This document shows positions 18,737 through 29,047 of a DNA stretch of 57,153 bases, in pieces; within the stretch, counting starts at the first letter, position 1, and the number at the start of each line of letters is the position of its first letter. The stretch is from Gammaproteobacteria bacterium (GTDB lineage Bacteria > Pseudomonadota > Gammaproteobacteria > UBA6429 > Thiohalophilaceae): assembly GCA_048061315.1 (NCBI GenBank), contig JBGMRJ010000005.1:1-57153 (forward strand). Direction: 5' to 3'. Made by a program: the position numbers and the translations under genes. The notes beneath the pieces were generated by a model. That model did not search any database and was not told where the DNA came from. It was given only the letters and a program-made list of their open reading frames with translations.

Positions 18737-19891
18737 TTGATAATTCATATCGATATGGATGCTTTTTATGCATCAGTAGAGATTCGGGAAAATCCGGCAC
18801 TGATAAATAGGCCGGTCGTTGTCGGTGGTGATGGTAATCGTAGTGTGGTTTCTGCTGCGAGTTATGCAGCACGACGATTTGGCATTTACAGTGCGATGCC
18901 AATGACAATGGCGAAGCGTGCTTGTCCACGGTTAGTCATTGTGCCGGTCAATATGTCATTGTATATTACAGTGTCACATCAAATTCATGACATTTTTGCA
19001 CGATATACACCGCAGATAGAACCTTTGTCGCTTGATGAAGCGTTTCTCGATGTTACTGCAAGTCGGCGTTTATTTGGCTCCCCTGTTGAAATCGCACAAA
19101 AAATAAAAAGCGCGATTTTAGATGAATTGAATCTGGTTGCGTCGGTGGGTATTGCACCAAACAAGTTTCTCGCTAAAATGGCATCCGATGAAAATAAACC
19201 TGATGGTTTTACGGTGGTGCAGGAAACTAAAATAAATGAATTTCTTGATCCGATGCCGGTGACACGATTATGGGGAGTTGGTAAAGCGACCGCTGCACGT
19301 CTGGAACGTTTTGGAATTACCCGGGTGAAACAATTACGCACTCAGGCTGAAATATTCATGCTGGAACAATTTGGTAAGCAGGGGATTCATTTAATGCAGT
19401 TAGCGAACGGTATTGATAAAAGACGGGTGCAGTCTGAACATCAGGCAAAATCGATATCCCATGAAACGACATTTGCAACTGACATTTATGATGAGCAGGT
19501 ACTTAAATCGGTATTATTAGGGTTGACTGAACAGGTGGCGTGTCGTTTAAGGGTTAAAAATATAGAAGGCCGAACAGTACAACTTAAAATCAGAAATTCT
19601 GAATTTAAAACAATAACACGTTCTTATACACTGGATCATGATAGTAATACGACCAGTGAGTTATGGCAGGTATGTCTTAAGTTATTTACCGGTGTTCGGA
19701 TTGAGAATAAAGACAGTATCCGTTTAATTGGTATGGGTGTTACCGGTTTTAAAAATCCACAAGCAATGCAACATGATCTGTTTACACATTCCGATAAAAA
19801 ACAGGATATAATTGACAAGTTATCTGATACGATTAATGAACGCTATGGTAAAAAAACAGTTACCCGTGGCAGTGTCAGGATTAAAAAATGA
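18737..19891 (+). CDS. dinB: DNA polymerase IV
   Basis: IIHIDMDAFYASVE, SLDEAFLDVT and a Y-family fold pattern throughout. The start codon is TTG. Confidence 0.9.
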   Translation: MIIHIDMDAFYASVEIRENPALINRPVVVGGDGNRSVVSAASYAARRFGIYSAMPMTMAKRACPRLVIVPVNMSLYITVSHQIHDIFARYTPQIEPLSLDEAFLDVTASRRLFGSPVEIAQKIKSAILDELNLVASVGIAPNKFLAKMASDENKPDGFTVVQETKINEFLDPMPVTRLWGVGKATAARLERFGITRVKQLRTQAEIFMLEQFGKQGIHLMQLANGIDKRRVQSEHQAKSISHETTFATDIYDEQVLKSVLLGLTEQVACRLRVKNIEGRTVQLKIRNSEFKTITRSYTLDHDSNTTSELWQVCLKLFTGVRIENKDSIRLIGMGVTGFKNPQAMQHDLFTHSDKKQDIIDKLSDTINERYGKKTVTRGSVRIKK

Positions 19892-19927
19892 TAAAAATAA
19901 AAATTACTTTATAGTGTTGGAGCAAAT

Positions 19928-22618
19928 ATGGATAGTGTAACAAGTGATTCAATCTCGGAACCAAAAACAATTTTCCTGAAAAACTATACTGTACCTGAAT
20001 TTCTGGTTGATACTGTCAATCTGGATTTTAATCTGTTTGAGTCGGAAACAACCGTGTCCTCTGAGTTAACGATTCGTCGAAATCCGGCATCAAACACTGA
20101 TAATGCGGATTTAGTGCTAGATGGCCAAAATCTGAAACTACTCTCAATTGCGATTACATCGGCCGATCAAACTTCGATATTAGCGGATAACGACTACAGT
20201 CTGGATGAGGAAACTCTGGTGGTTTCCAATGTGCCGGATGCGTTTACAATTAAGATCGTTATCGTAATTAATCCCAAAGAAAATCTGGCCCTCGAGGGTT
20301 TGTATTTATCGAGTAATATGTTTTGTACTCAATGTGAGGCACAGGGTTTTCGGCGGATCACGTATTTTCCGGATCGACCTGATGTGATGGCATTATTTTC
20401 GGTGACGGTGCATGCTGATAAAAAACAATTTCCCATTTTGTTATCGAATGGTAACCGCATTACCAGCGGTGATGAGCAAGACGGGCGTCACTTTGTTTCC
20501 TGGCATGATCCGTTTCCTAAACCGAGCTATTTGTTTGCGTTGGTAGCAGGTGATCTTTATTGTCAACAGGATGTCTTTACTACTGCATCGGGCACTAAAG
20601 TTGATTTGTATTTATTTGTTGAACACGAGAATAAACACAAGTGTGATCATGCTCTAATCTGTTTGAAGCAGTCCATGAAATGGGATGAAGATACTTTTGG
20701 GCGTGAATATGATTTAGATAATTTTATGATTGTTGCGGTAAATGATTTTAATATGGGCGCGATGGAAAATAAGGGATTAAATGTTTTTAACTCCAGTTGC
20801 GTTTTAGCCAGTCCCGAGACAACAACTGATGCAGATTATTATCGAATTCAGGGAATTATTGGGCACGAGTATTTTCATAATTGGTCAGGCAATCGGGTAA
20901 CGTGTCGTGACTGGTTTCAACTAAGCCTTAAAGAAGGGTTTACTGTTTTTCGGGATCAACAGTTTAGTTCGGACATGAATTCTGCTGCTGTGCAGCGTAT
21001 CGATGATGTTAATATTTTACGCAATGCGCAATTTAGTCAGGATGCCGGACCAATGGCTCACCCGGTACGTCCTCAGGAATATATTGAGATTAGTAATTTT
21101 TATACTGTAACTGTTTATAACAAAGGTGCGGAAGTGGTTCGCATGATTCACACTTTGCTAGGAGCCGAACGCTTTAGAAAAGGTTCTGATACCTATTTTG
21201 AACGTCACGATGGACAAGCTGTCACGGTTGAAGATTTTGTTGCTGCTATGGAATCTTCTGGAGATACAAAAAATACTGTCGATTTGAAACAGTTTATGAA
21301 TTGGTATCATCAGGCGGGAACACCCAATATCGAATTTAGTGAACAGTATGATGCCACTACCAGGGAATATACACTAACGTTATCTCAATCTTGTGCGCCG
21401 ACACCGGGGCAGAATTCTAAAAAAGAATTTCATATTCCCGTTAAGGTTGCGTTATTGAATTCAGATGGTGAAACCCTAAATCTAAATTTAACTGGAAATG
21501 ATGGTTGTCAGAATGTTAGTGACTGTGTTTTGGTGTTACGTGAAAAGCAGCAAAAATTTATTTTTAACGATGTTCCAGAGAAGCCGGTATTATCATTATT
21601 GCGGGGATTTTCTGCACCGGTAAAAATTTCAACAAAGCGCGGCCATGCTGAGCTGGCTTTTTTGTTTGCACATGATAATGATGATTTCAACCGTTGGAAT
21701 GCCGGACAGGAACTTGTTCTGGATATTATCCTGTCGAAAATCACCCAACATCAGGCCGGTGAGAAATTAAATCTTGAGCAAGATTATATTGATGCGTTCA
21801 AAAAAACATTGAACAATAACGCATTAGATAATGCATTGAAGGCTCAAGCGCTTGGTTTGCCATCTGAATCGTATATTGCTGACCAGTGTCAAACGGCTGA
21901 TCCAGATGCCATTCACTCTGTTCGAGTTTTTATTCGGCAACAACTCGCACTGAAACTTGAAACTGATTTTGTCGAGTTGTATAAGCAATCGAAGTTAACG
22001 GGTGAGTATCAATTTAATGCAAAAGATATGGGGCAACGTAGTATTCGAAATATTTGTTTGTCCTATTTAATGGAGTTGGGTAAACCGATTTATCATCAAT
22101 TGTGTTATGAGCAGTTTGAACAGAGTAATAATATGACTGATGTACTGGCAGCGTTAAGTTTGTTAGCGAATTTTACCAATGAATTTCAGCAAGACAGTTT
22201 AAATAAATTTTATACTAAGTGGCAGGACGATGCTTTAGTCGTCGATAAATGGTTTGCGATTCAGGCAACCTCCCGATTAACCGGGACGCTTGATAAAGTG
22301 AAATCATTGATGCAGCATCCGGCATTTACTATAAAGAATCCGAATAAAGTTCGGGCCTTAATTGGGCGTTTTTGCTTGGGAAATGTTGTGCAATTTCACA
22401 ATTCGGATGGTTCTGGTTATCAATTCTTAGCAGATCAGGTATTGGCTTTGGATAAACTTAACCCGCAAATTTCGGCTCGATTAATTCAAGCTTTTAGTCA
22501 ATGGCGAAATTATGATGAAAGCAGGCAAGGAATAATTAAAGCAAATCTGAATCGGATAATTTCTGAAGAAAAATTATCAAAAGATGTTTTTGAAATTGTA
22601 TCCAAAACGCTTGCTTAA
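19928..22618 (+). CDS. pepN: Aminopeptidase N
   Basis: 896 aa with the GAMEN exopeptidase motif and the HEYFHNWSGNRVTCRDWFQLSLKEG zinc site. Confidence 0.95.
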   Translation: MDSVTSDSISEPKTIFLKNYTVPEFLVDTVNLDFNLFESETTVSSELTIRRNPASNTDNADLVLDGQNLKLLSIAITSADQTSILADNDYSLDEETLVVSNVPDAFTIKIVIVINPKENLALEGLYLSSNMFCTQCEAQGFRRITYFPDRPDVMALFSVTVHADKKQFPILLSNGNRITSGDEQDGRHFVSWHDPFPKPSYLFALVAGDLYCQQDVFTTASGTKVDLYLFVEHENKHKCDHALICLKQSMKWDEDTFGREYDLDNFMIVAVNDFNMGAMENKGLNVFNSSCVLASPETTTDADYYRIQGIIGHEYFHNWSGNRVTCRDWFQLSLKEGFTVFRDQQFSSDMNSAAVQRIDDVNILRNAQFSQDAGPMAHPVRPQEYIEISNFYTVTVYNKGAEVVRMIHTLLGAERFRKGSDTYFERHDGQAVTVEDFVAAMESSGDTKNTVDLKQFMNWYHQAGTPNIEFSEQYDATTREYTLTLSQSCAPTPGQNSKKEFHIPVKVALLNSDGETLNLNLTGNDGCQNVSDCVLVLREKQQKFIFNDVPEKPVLSLLRGFSAPVKISTKRGHAELAFLFAHDNDDFNRWNAGQELVLDIILSKITQHQAGEKLNLEQDYIDAFKKTLNNNALDNALKAQALGLPSESYIADQCQTADPDAIHSVRVFIRQQLALKLETDFVELYKQSKLTGEYQFNAKDMGQRSIRNICLSYLMELGKPIYHQLCYEQFEQSNNMTDVLAALSLLANFTNEFQQDSLNKFYTKWQDDALVVDKWFAIQATSRLTGTLDKVKSLMQHPAFTIKNPNKVRALIGRFCLGNVVQFHNSDGSGYQFLADQVLALDKLNPQISARLIQAFSQWRNYDESRQGIIKANLNRIISEEKLSKDVFEIVSKTLA

Positions 22619-22620
22619 AA

Positions 22621-23871
22621 TTAATAGCTGATCTCGGCAAAATATTCTGTTTCTTCTTTTGCGCGGTTAAGTGCTTCACGGCTTGTCGTTAAAACATCAA
22701 AAGAGTTCTGGTGATGGGGTTTCTTTTCTGCTATTCCGACACTGACCGATATGGGTATTGATTTATATTTTGTATTTCGTTCTGCGCGTCCTACTGGTGC
22801 TATGTAATTCGGTTTGAATAGGGGTCTTTTTTTACTGCGCAACAGGAAGGGTTCATTTGCAATTGAGTCACATAATGTCGCAAGATATTTATTAGCTTCG
22901 TGTAGTTGCATGTCATAAAAGATAATTGCAAATTCCTGATCGCCGTATCGGTAAGGGAATCCTTTTCGACCTAGATGACGACTGCGTGATGCAATCATTC
23001 GCAATATTTGATCACAAACATCCTGACCATATTCATCAGTCATTATTTTAAAATCATCAATGTCAATTAATGCAATGCAAAAATGTTCATTTAATTTTTT
23101 TAGTTGTGACTTAAATGTACGCCGGGAAGGTAGTTCAGTAATTAAATCTATTTTGGATAATCGATAACTGTTTAAACTGATTGTCAAAATGAGTATTAGG
23201 CTTGCGACTGTATAAAACATAACTGAAGTGATCGGAGTGTTAATATAATGTTGAGTTAAAACTATCGCAATAAATGCTCCAAGATAACCGGTTATTGTTA
23301 TTTTTTGTTTAATAATGGCATTTATCAACAGGATCAGAAACGTAATTGCATTGATTATAATGGTTGACTGATACATTGGTGTAAGATCAAATATTTCGGA
23401 TCCAAAAAATGGATAGTATAAATATTTCAAAAGTAGATCCGGTGTGATATTGACAAACCAGATTAATATCATTAATTCAAATGCCAGTAACAATAAAAGA
23501 TGAAGCCCGGTTTTATTGTGAATTCCTTTTTCCTGTGTCATAAATACAATTATGAAATTAATTGCAATAATTGGCCCAATCAAGACATATAGTATTGTGG
23601 CTGTTGTTTCATTAGTATCAGTAGGCCAGATTAGATTTCGCATCAACCAGTAACCGATTAAGATGCTGATTGCTATGTTGAGTTCATGTGATTGTTTATG
23701 AGTATAACTATTAGCAATAATTAGTAACAAAAGTATATACGGAAGATATTGCAATATATAAATAACAAATTCCGGAAGTTGTGGAATTAAGCTTGAATAT
23801 TGTAAAGTCAGTAAAATCAATGTTATCGCAAACAAAGCCGAGAGAATGATTTTCGTAGTAGATAAACTCAC
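22621..23871 (-). CDS. Membrane-anchored GGDEF-domain protein with a degenerate active site (GDQEF)
   Basis: About 230 aa of polytopic membrane domain, then a GGDEF fold in which the signature reads RYGDQEFAII. No RxxD I-site is visible upstream. Confidence 0.7.
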   Translation of the reverse strand: MSLSTTKIILSALFAITLILLTLQYSSLIPQLPEFVIYILQYLPYILLLLIIANSYTHKQSHELNIAISILIGYWLMRNLIWPTDTNETTATILYVLIGPIIAINFIIVFMTQEKGIHNKTGLHLLLLLAFELMILIWFVNITPDLLLKYLYYPFFGSEIFDLTPMYQSTIIINAITFLILLINAIIKQKITITGYLGAFIAIVLTQHYINTPITSVMFYTVASLILILTISLNSYRLSKIDLITELPSRRTFKSQLKKLNEHFCIALIDIDDFKIMTDEYGQDVCDQILRMIASRSRHLGRKGFPYRYGDQEFAIIFYDMQLHEANKYLATLCDSIANEPFLLRSKKRPLFKPNYIAPVGRAERNTKYKSIPISVSVGIAEKKPHHQNSFDVLTTSREALNRAKEETEYFAEISY

Positions 23872-24121
23872 ACAGCACCTAAGTTTCGGGTTGATTTATA
23901 AATTAGCGTCTAATTGAATTATTTAATAATTGTTGTTGACTATAAATAATTAGTAACATGAACTGTGTCACATTATAAAGACTGCCCACTAATACTAAAC
24001 AAGTAACTGGTAACGCCATTCTAGCGTGTGATCAGGTAGTAGACAATCTGTTTAATTGCTATTGAGCCTAACTATAGAATGTTTTGAGGGGAGCAACGCG
24101 GCGTAATGAAAAAATAAAAAA

Positions 24122-25165
24122 TTAACTCATACTAAAATCAATCATTCGTTGAACCGAACGTAGTGCTTTTACTCGAGTTTGTTCATCCACGAATATTTCA
24201 TTATTGCCAGTCTTTATTGTATTGGCTAAATCTTGTAAGCCATTCATAGCCATCCAGGGGCAATGCGCACAACTATTACAAGTTGCACCTATACCATGAG
24301 TTGGTGCTTCGATAAAACGTTTATCACTGGCAATTTGTTTCATCTTATAGAATATTCCGTTATCGGTGGCGACAATGAAGGTATCATTAGGCAGCTTATT
24401 AACGGCGTTAATAAGTGCCGTAGTTGAACCTACTACATCAGCCTGTAAGATGACTTCTCGTGGGGACTCCGGGTGTACCAATACCGCAGCATCAGGATAT
24501 TTTTGGCGAAGTCGGGTTATCCCATCGGCTTTAAATTCATCATGTACTATACAACTACCTTGCCATAACAGCATGTCGGCATCCGTTTGCCCTTGTATGT
24601 AGTCTCCAAGATAACGGTCGGGTGCCCAAATGATTTTTTCACCACGATCATGTAAATATTTAATGACTTTTACGGCAATACTTGAAGTAACAACCCAGTC
24701 GGCACGGGCTTTGACTTCGGCACTGGTATTGGCGTAGACCACGACAGTGCGGTCTGGATGCTCATCACAAAACTTTGAGAATTCATCGATAGGACAGCTT
24801 AAGTCCAGCGAACATTCCGCGGCCAGGTTGGGCATTAATACGGTTTTTTCCGGGTTTAAAATTTTAGCGGTTTCACCCATAAATTTCACACCGGCGACGA
24901 TAATGGTTGATGCCGAGTGGTTATTACCAAATCGCGCCATGTCGAGTGAGTCGGAAACATAACCACCAGACTCTTCGGCTAACATTTGCATATCGCTACT
25001 GGTGTAGTAGTGAGCCACTAACACCGCATCTTTTTGCTGCATTAAATGCTTAATTTCCGATATCAGCCTTGAGCGTTTCTCTGGTTCGAGGATTGGCGCT
25101 ACAACAACATTATTGGCTCTTGAACGGATTGAATCTTCATCTATGAAAAAAGCTTGTGCAGTCAT
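24122..25165 (-). CDS. nadA: Quinolinate synthase A
   Basis: 347 aa, collinear with NadA (VAHYY, MARFG, CxxC...C cluster ligands, GSTTALI-type motif). Confidence 0.93.
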   Translation of the reverse strand: MTAQAFFIDEDSIRSRANNVVVAPILEPEKRSRLISEIKHLMQQKDAVLVAHYYTSSDMQMLAEESGGYVSDSLDMARFGNNHSASTIIVAGVKFMGETAKILNPEKTVLMPNLAAECSLDLSCPIDEFSKFCDEHPDRTVVVYANTSAEVKARADWVVTSSIAVKVIKYLHDRGEKIIWAPDRYLGDYIQGQTDADMLLWQGSCIVHDEFKADGITRLRQKYPDAAVLVHPESPREVILQADVVGSTTALINAVNKLPNDTFIVATDNGIFYKMKQIASDKRFIEAPTHGIGATCNSCAHCPWMAMNGLQDLANTIKTGNNEIFVDEQTRVKALRSVQRMIDFSMS

Positions 25166-25414
25166 TTTGTATTAATCTTTATGTGTTCTATTAGTTAATA
25201 GTTTAGATAATGACTAAGAGTATAAATACCACCCTTTACAGGGAATATAGCTTTTTGGGTAGAAAACGAAAATTTTTGGGATATGACACTTAATTTTAAA
25301 CAATTAACGTTGGGTTTTATTCAGAAAAATGCTATATATAGCAATATGTTATAACTGATATATAAACTAGTTTATTAAGAATGGAGTCTTATCGTGAGCA
25401 ATAAAGGAAAATAA

Positions 25415-26092
25415 ATGAAAAATAGAAAAATAATCGATAAAATTTTTAAGTGTTTGCGTTTATCGGAGTCAAATAACCCGAATGAATCTGCTGCGGCCTT
25501 GCGCCAGGCACAGCGTTTGATGGATATACATGGAATTAACAGCGAACAGGTGCAGTCAGGCCACGAGGTCGAAGTTCTGACGGTTAAATCGCAATTTATA
25601 GAACCTCCCTACTGGTTAATTGCATTGTCGGATTTAATCGGACAGGCTTTCTTTTGCCGTGCCTATGTTTCTCGTACAAAAAACAAACAATCCGAGTTTT
25701 ATTTCATCGGAATTGGTAATCGAACTGAGTTAGCAAGCTACACATTTACCGTATTACAGCGTTTATTAGCGCGTGAGCGTCGTCATTTTGTAAGCTCCTT
25801 GTCAGAAATGAAGAAATCTGAAAAAACACGACGTGGGAATGTTTTTGCTCAGGCATGGTTATTTCGGATTGCTCGAACAATAGTCAATTTTGTCGCCGAT
25901 CCCATCGTCGAACAAGCCATCGATAGCTATGTTAAACAGCACTTTGGCGTGACCAGCGACTTTGAAAGCGCTGCAGTAATACCCGATACTCAGGATATAT
26001 CGGCGATTTCAGATGGTTATAAGGCTGCTGAGGGGGTAAGTCTGTTTCGACCTGTCAATAATGACAATAACACCTATGCTTTAAGTCAGTAG
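25415..26092 (+). CDS. DUF2786 domain protein (a family common on phages and plasmids)
   Basis: N-terminal KIFKCLRLSESNNPNESAAALRQAQRLMDIHGI matches the DUF2786 helix-hairpin pattern. Confidence 0.55.
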   Translation: MKNRKIIDKIFKCLRLSESNNPNESAAALRQAQRLMDIHGINSEQVQSGHEVEVLTVKSQFIEPPYWLIALSDLIGQAFFCRAYVSRTKNKQSEFYFIGIGNRTELASYTFTVLQRLLARERRHFVSSLSEMKKSEKTRRGNVFAQAWLFRIARTIVNFVADPIVEQAIDSYVKQHFGVTSDFESAAVIPDTQDISAISDGYKAAEGVSLFRPVNNDNNTYALSQ

Positions 26093-26345
26093 CGTATCAA
26101 TTAGATAGCCGTATGCTGTATTATATTACTTTGTTTTTATAGGGTAATGATGTAGTTAACTGATTCTTTATAATTGCCGCTATTTCGGGCAGGGTTAATG
26201 ATTGATCAAAATGTGTCGATAAATTTCATATCATAATTCACTGAATGTTTATAATAATTGATTAAATCAGCTGCAGTCGCTTTAGATCATATTTTGAGTG
26301 GGTGAGCACAAATTCTGGTTTTTTGGGAATAACGAAATAGTTTTC

Positions 26346-27275
26346 ATGACAGCATATTTAAAATACATTAATGGCGACAATGAGAAGCAAATAGAGTGCA
26401 GTACTGTTTTAACAATTGGTAGAGATAAAAACAGTGATATTATACTTAAGGATTTAATGGTCTCCAGAAACCATGCAATGATTCGTTTAATTGGAGCCGG
26501 CGATTACTACCTGATTGATAGTGGTAGTTCAAATGGAAGTTACATCAATAAAAAACGTGTCGCGATGCCCACCCTGTTAAAGAATGGTGATCGCTTAACG
26601 ATCGGTCATATCATTTTTACCTTTGAAGACGAAGAGGATGAAACTAATAAAAAATCAGATTCTCTCTCGTTACAGGAAACTATCGTAGTTGATAGCCCGG
26701 AAATAAAACACAATACTATTTTAGTAGCGGATATTCGTGGTTTTACCTCCATATCGGAACAAGTTGATATTAAAACACTAACCCGGATGATGAATAAATG
26801 GTTTCATAATGTTAGTAATGCCATTTTTACAAATGGTGGAACGGTTGATAAATTTATTGGCGATTGTGTATTTGCACGCTGGGAATCTGAAACTGAAGAT
26901 AAACCTGCCATTATTCCTGCACTGCGTTCAGCATGGTTAATAAATATAATAACGAATAAATTAAACCAGTCATTTTCAGAAATTAATGAAAAAATTAGAA
27001 TAGGCGTTGGTATAAACAGCGGTATCGCTTCTGTTGGCATTGGACAGGATAATACTGCCTTAGGTGATGCCGTAAATGTTGCATTTCGGTTGGAAAATGC
27101 CAGTAAAATGCTCGATACTGATGTTGTTTTAAGTGAAACAGCCTATAAGTATCTCCCCGCTCTAAGCTGGAAGGGTAAAGAACAACATATTAGAGTTAAA
27201 GGTAAACGGGATACAATTCGTGTGTTAAGTCTAAAATTTAATGAAGTAGAAAGTTTATTGCAGGATGTAAACTGA
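26346..27275 (+). CDS. FHA domain fused to a class III adenylate/guanylate cyclase domain
   Basis: FHA: TIGRDKNSDIILKDLMVSRNHAMI...IDSGSSNGSYINKKRV...NGDRLTIG. Cyclase: ILVADIRGFTS, KFIGDCVFARW, GINSGIASVG, LGDAVNVAFRLE. I place the start at ATG 26346 rather than the upstream GTG 26298. Confidence 0.8.
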   Translation: MTAYLKYINGDNEKQIECSTVLTIGRDKNSDIILKDLMVSRNHAMIRLIGAGDYYLIDSGSSNGSYINKKRVAMPTLLKNGDRLTIGHIIFTFEDEEDETNKKSDSLSLQETIVVDSPEIKHNTILVADIRGFTSISEQVDIKTLTRMMNKWFHNVSNAIFTNGGTVDKFIGDCVFARWESETEDKPAIIPALRSAWLINIITNKLNQSFSEINEKIRIGVGINSGIASVGIGQDNTALGDAVNVAFRLENASKMLDTDVVLSETAYKYLPALSWKGKEQHIRVKGKRDTIRVLSLKFNEVESLLQDVN

Positions 27276-27289
27276 TTTTGAGTTAATTT

Positions 27290-27697
27290 TTAATGTGAAT
27301 GATTTTTTGATATGTATAATTGAATTTCACTCATTAATTCTTCCATCTCGAGTTTGATAGTGTTAATTATTTTGCTTGCCTGATCTGCAACTTCATAGGA
27401 TGTTTTATCAATAGTATCACTATTAAATATCGAATTGGCTTTTAACAGGATGACTATTTTATCATCCGGGATGAATTGAGCTAAAATTGCATATCCGGTT
27501 ATTAATCCTTCCTGAAGTTTCGAATCATCTTTTCCTAATTCAAGTAGCAGTAATTGAATGGCATTTTTAATTTCAATTTTTTCATAGGGTAGTTTTGATA
27601 GTGGTATACCGTAGCTTGATTGGTCGAACTCTGATAACACTTTTCCATATTTGTTTAATATAGTGTCAGCGTTTTTAATGGGGTCAGAATCTGTCAT
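27290..27697 (-). CDS. Hypothetical protein (135 aa)
   Basis: ORF only. No domain recognised. Confidence 0.4.
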   Translation of the reverse strand: MTDSDPIKNADTILNKYGKVLSEFDQSSYGIPLSKLPYEKIEIKNAIQLLLLELGKDDSKLQEGLITGYAILAQFIPDDKIVILLKANSIFNSDTIDKTSYEVADQASKIINTIKLEMEELMSEIQLYISKNHSH

Positions 27698-27791
27698 ATT
27701 TTATATTAAAAATCTTTAATTTATTTATAGCTCATTATAGTATAATTGAACACTCAACTAAATAAATTTTGATGAATTCTAATGTGTAATT

Positions 27792-28559
27792 ATGGAAAGT
27801 AGTTTCGAACAACTTCAGTATTTTTCATTACAATCGTTGTATTCTTTACAGACCGAGATTATGGCAACTTTCGGGATAGTTTTTGTCTTAATGTTGTTAG
27901 CGTTGATTTTATTATTACCCATGATTCAAATTAGAATTAATGAATATAACAATAATAAAATTTTAAAAAGTTTAGGTAAATTCCAACTAAAAAATGTCGC
28001 AATTCAAATTAGTTCGGATGAAACTGTTTATATTGATTATTTAATCCTGGTGCCGTCCGGGATATTTGTTCTAAATATAATGAAATATAACGGTATCATA
28101 TTCGCCGGTGAAAATGTTGAACAGTGGACTCAATTATTGAACAAAAAGAGTTACAAGTTTCCAAATCCATTGCGTGACCTTGAAATCTGTGAATCCGCCG
28201 TTCGTAGTCTTGTTGAAAATTGTAATATAATTGGACATATTGCCTTTGAATCAAATTGCGCATTTCCCAAGGGGAAACCCGCTAAAATAACATTATTGCA
28301 TGAAATGCAGGATGAACTAGAATTTCTACAAGGTAATGTAACTAATGAATTAATTCAAAAGTGGAGTGAGCTTAAAAATTCCGATTTTTGTACCAGCAAT
28401 ACTAAGCAAAACGAATTGAGTATTGTTGTACGAGGTGAGCAAAAATCACTTAGAAAATTAGCAGGTATTTTCTTTTTAGCATCATCATTGCTATTGTTAC
28501 TTTATCAGATATCGAACACCGTATGGTTTGCACATATTCTTATTAAAAGTTTAAATTAG
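27792..28559 (+). CDS. NERD (nuclease-related domain) protein with N- and C-terminal TM segments
   Basis: Hydrophobic helices at both ends. The central YIDYLILVPSGIFVLNIMKYNGIIFAGENVEQWTQ fits the NERD core. Confidence 0.55.
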   Translation: MESSFEQLQYFSLQSLYSLQTEIMATFGIVFVLMLLALILLLPMIQIRINEYNNNKILKSLGKFQLKNVAIQISSDETVYIDYLILVPSGIFVLNIMKYNGIIFAGENVEQWTQLLNKKSYKFPNPLRDLEICESAVRSLVENCNIIGHIAFESNCAFPKGKPAKITLLHEMQDELEFLQGNVTNELIQKWSELKNSDFCTSNTKQNELSIVVRGEQKSLRKLAGIFFLASSLLLLLYQISNTVWFAHILIKSLN

Positions 28560-28577
28560 TTAAATGTAGAAGATTAT

Positions 28578-29024
28578 ATGATTAAAAAATACTTAATTTT
28601 GAGCATCACTGTATTCCTCGTTTCAGGTAGCTATTCCGTTGTTTTAGCCGCTAAATCGAAAGGAAGTAATATTGCCAGAGCATTTTTTTCGACGGCTATA
28701 GTGAACCGGGAACCAGTAAACAGGTTATTGGTTGGCAGTGAACTTAAAAAAGTGTATTTTTTTTCAGAGGTTCGTCATATGGAAGGACAAACTATTTATC
28801 ACCGGTGGGAATATAACGATAAAGTTGTATCAAAGAAAAAATTTAATGTAAAGAATGCAAAATGGCGGGCTTACTCAAGTTACAAAATTAAACCTAATAT
28901 GATCGGGAAATGGACTGTTGTGGTTACGGATGAACGGGGTTGGCCATTAAAGGCCGTCATTTTCCATTATGTCAAACGTCAAAGTCAGACGGACTACCCG
29001 GATGTAATATTACCGCCAAAATAA
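28578..29024 (+). CDS. Exported DUF2914 domain protein
   Basis: Signal peptide, then AIVNREPVN...VYFFSEVRHMEGQTIYHRWEYNDKVV...WRAYSSYKI...GKWTVVVTDERGWPL, the typical DUF2914 pattern. Confidence 0.6.
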   Translation: MIKKYLILSITVFLVSGSYSVVLAAKSKGSNIARAFFSTAIVNREPVNRLLVGSELKKVYFFSEVRHMEGQTIYHRWEYNDKVVSKKKFNVKNAKWRAYSSYKIKPNMIGKWTVVVTDERGWPLKAVIFHYVKRQSQTDYPDVILPPK

Positions 29025-29047
29025 AGTATAATTATAATCGTTTTATT

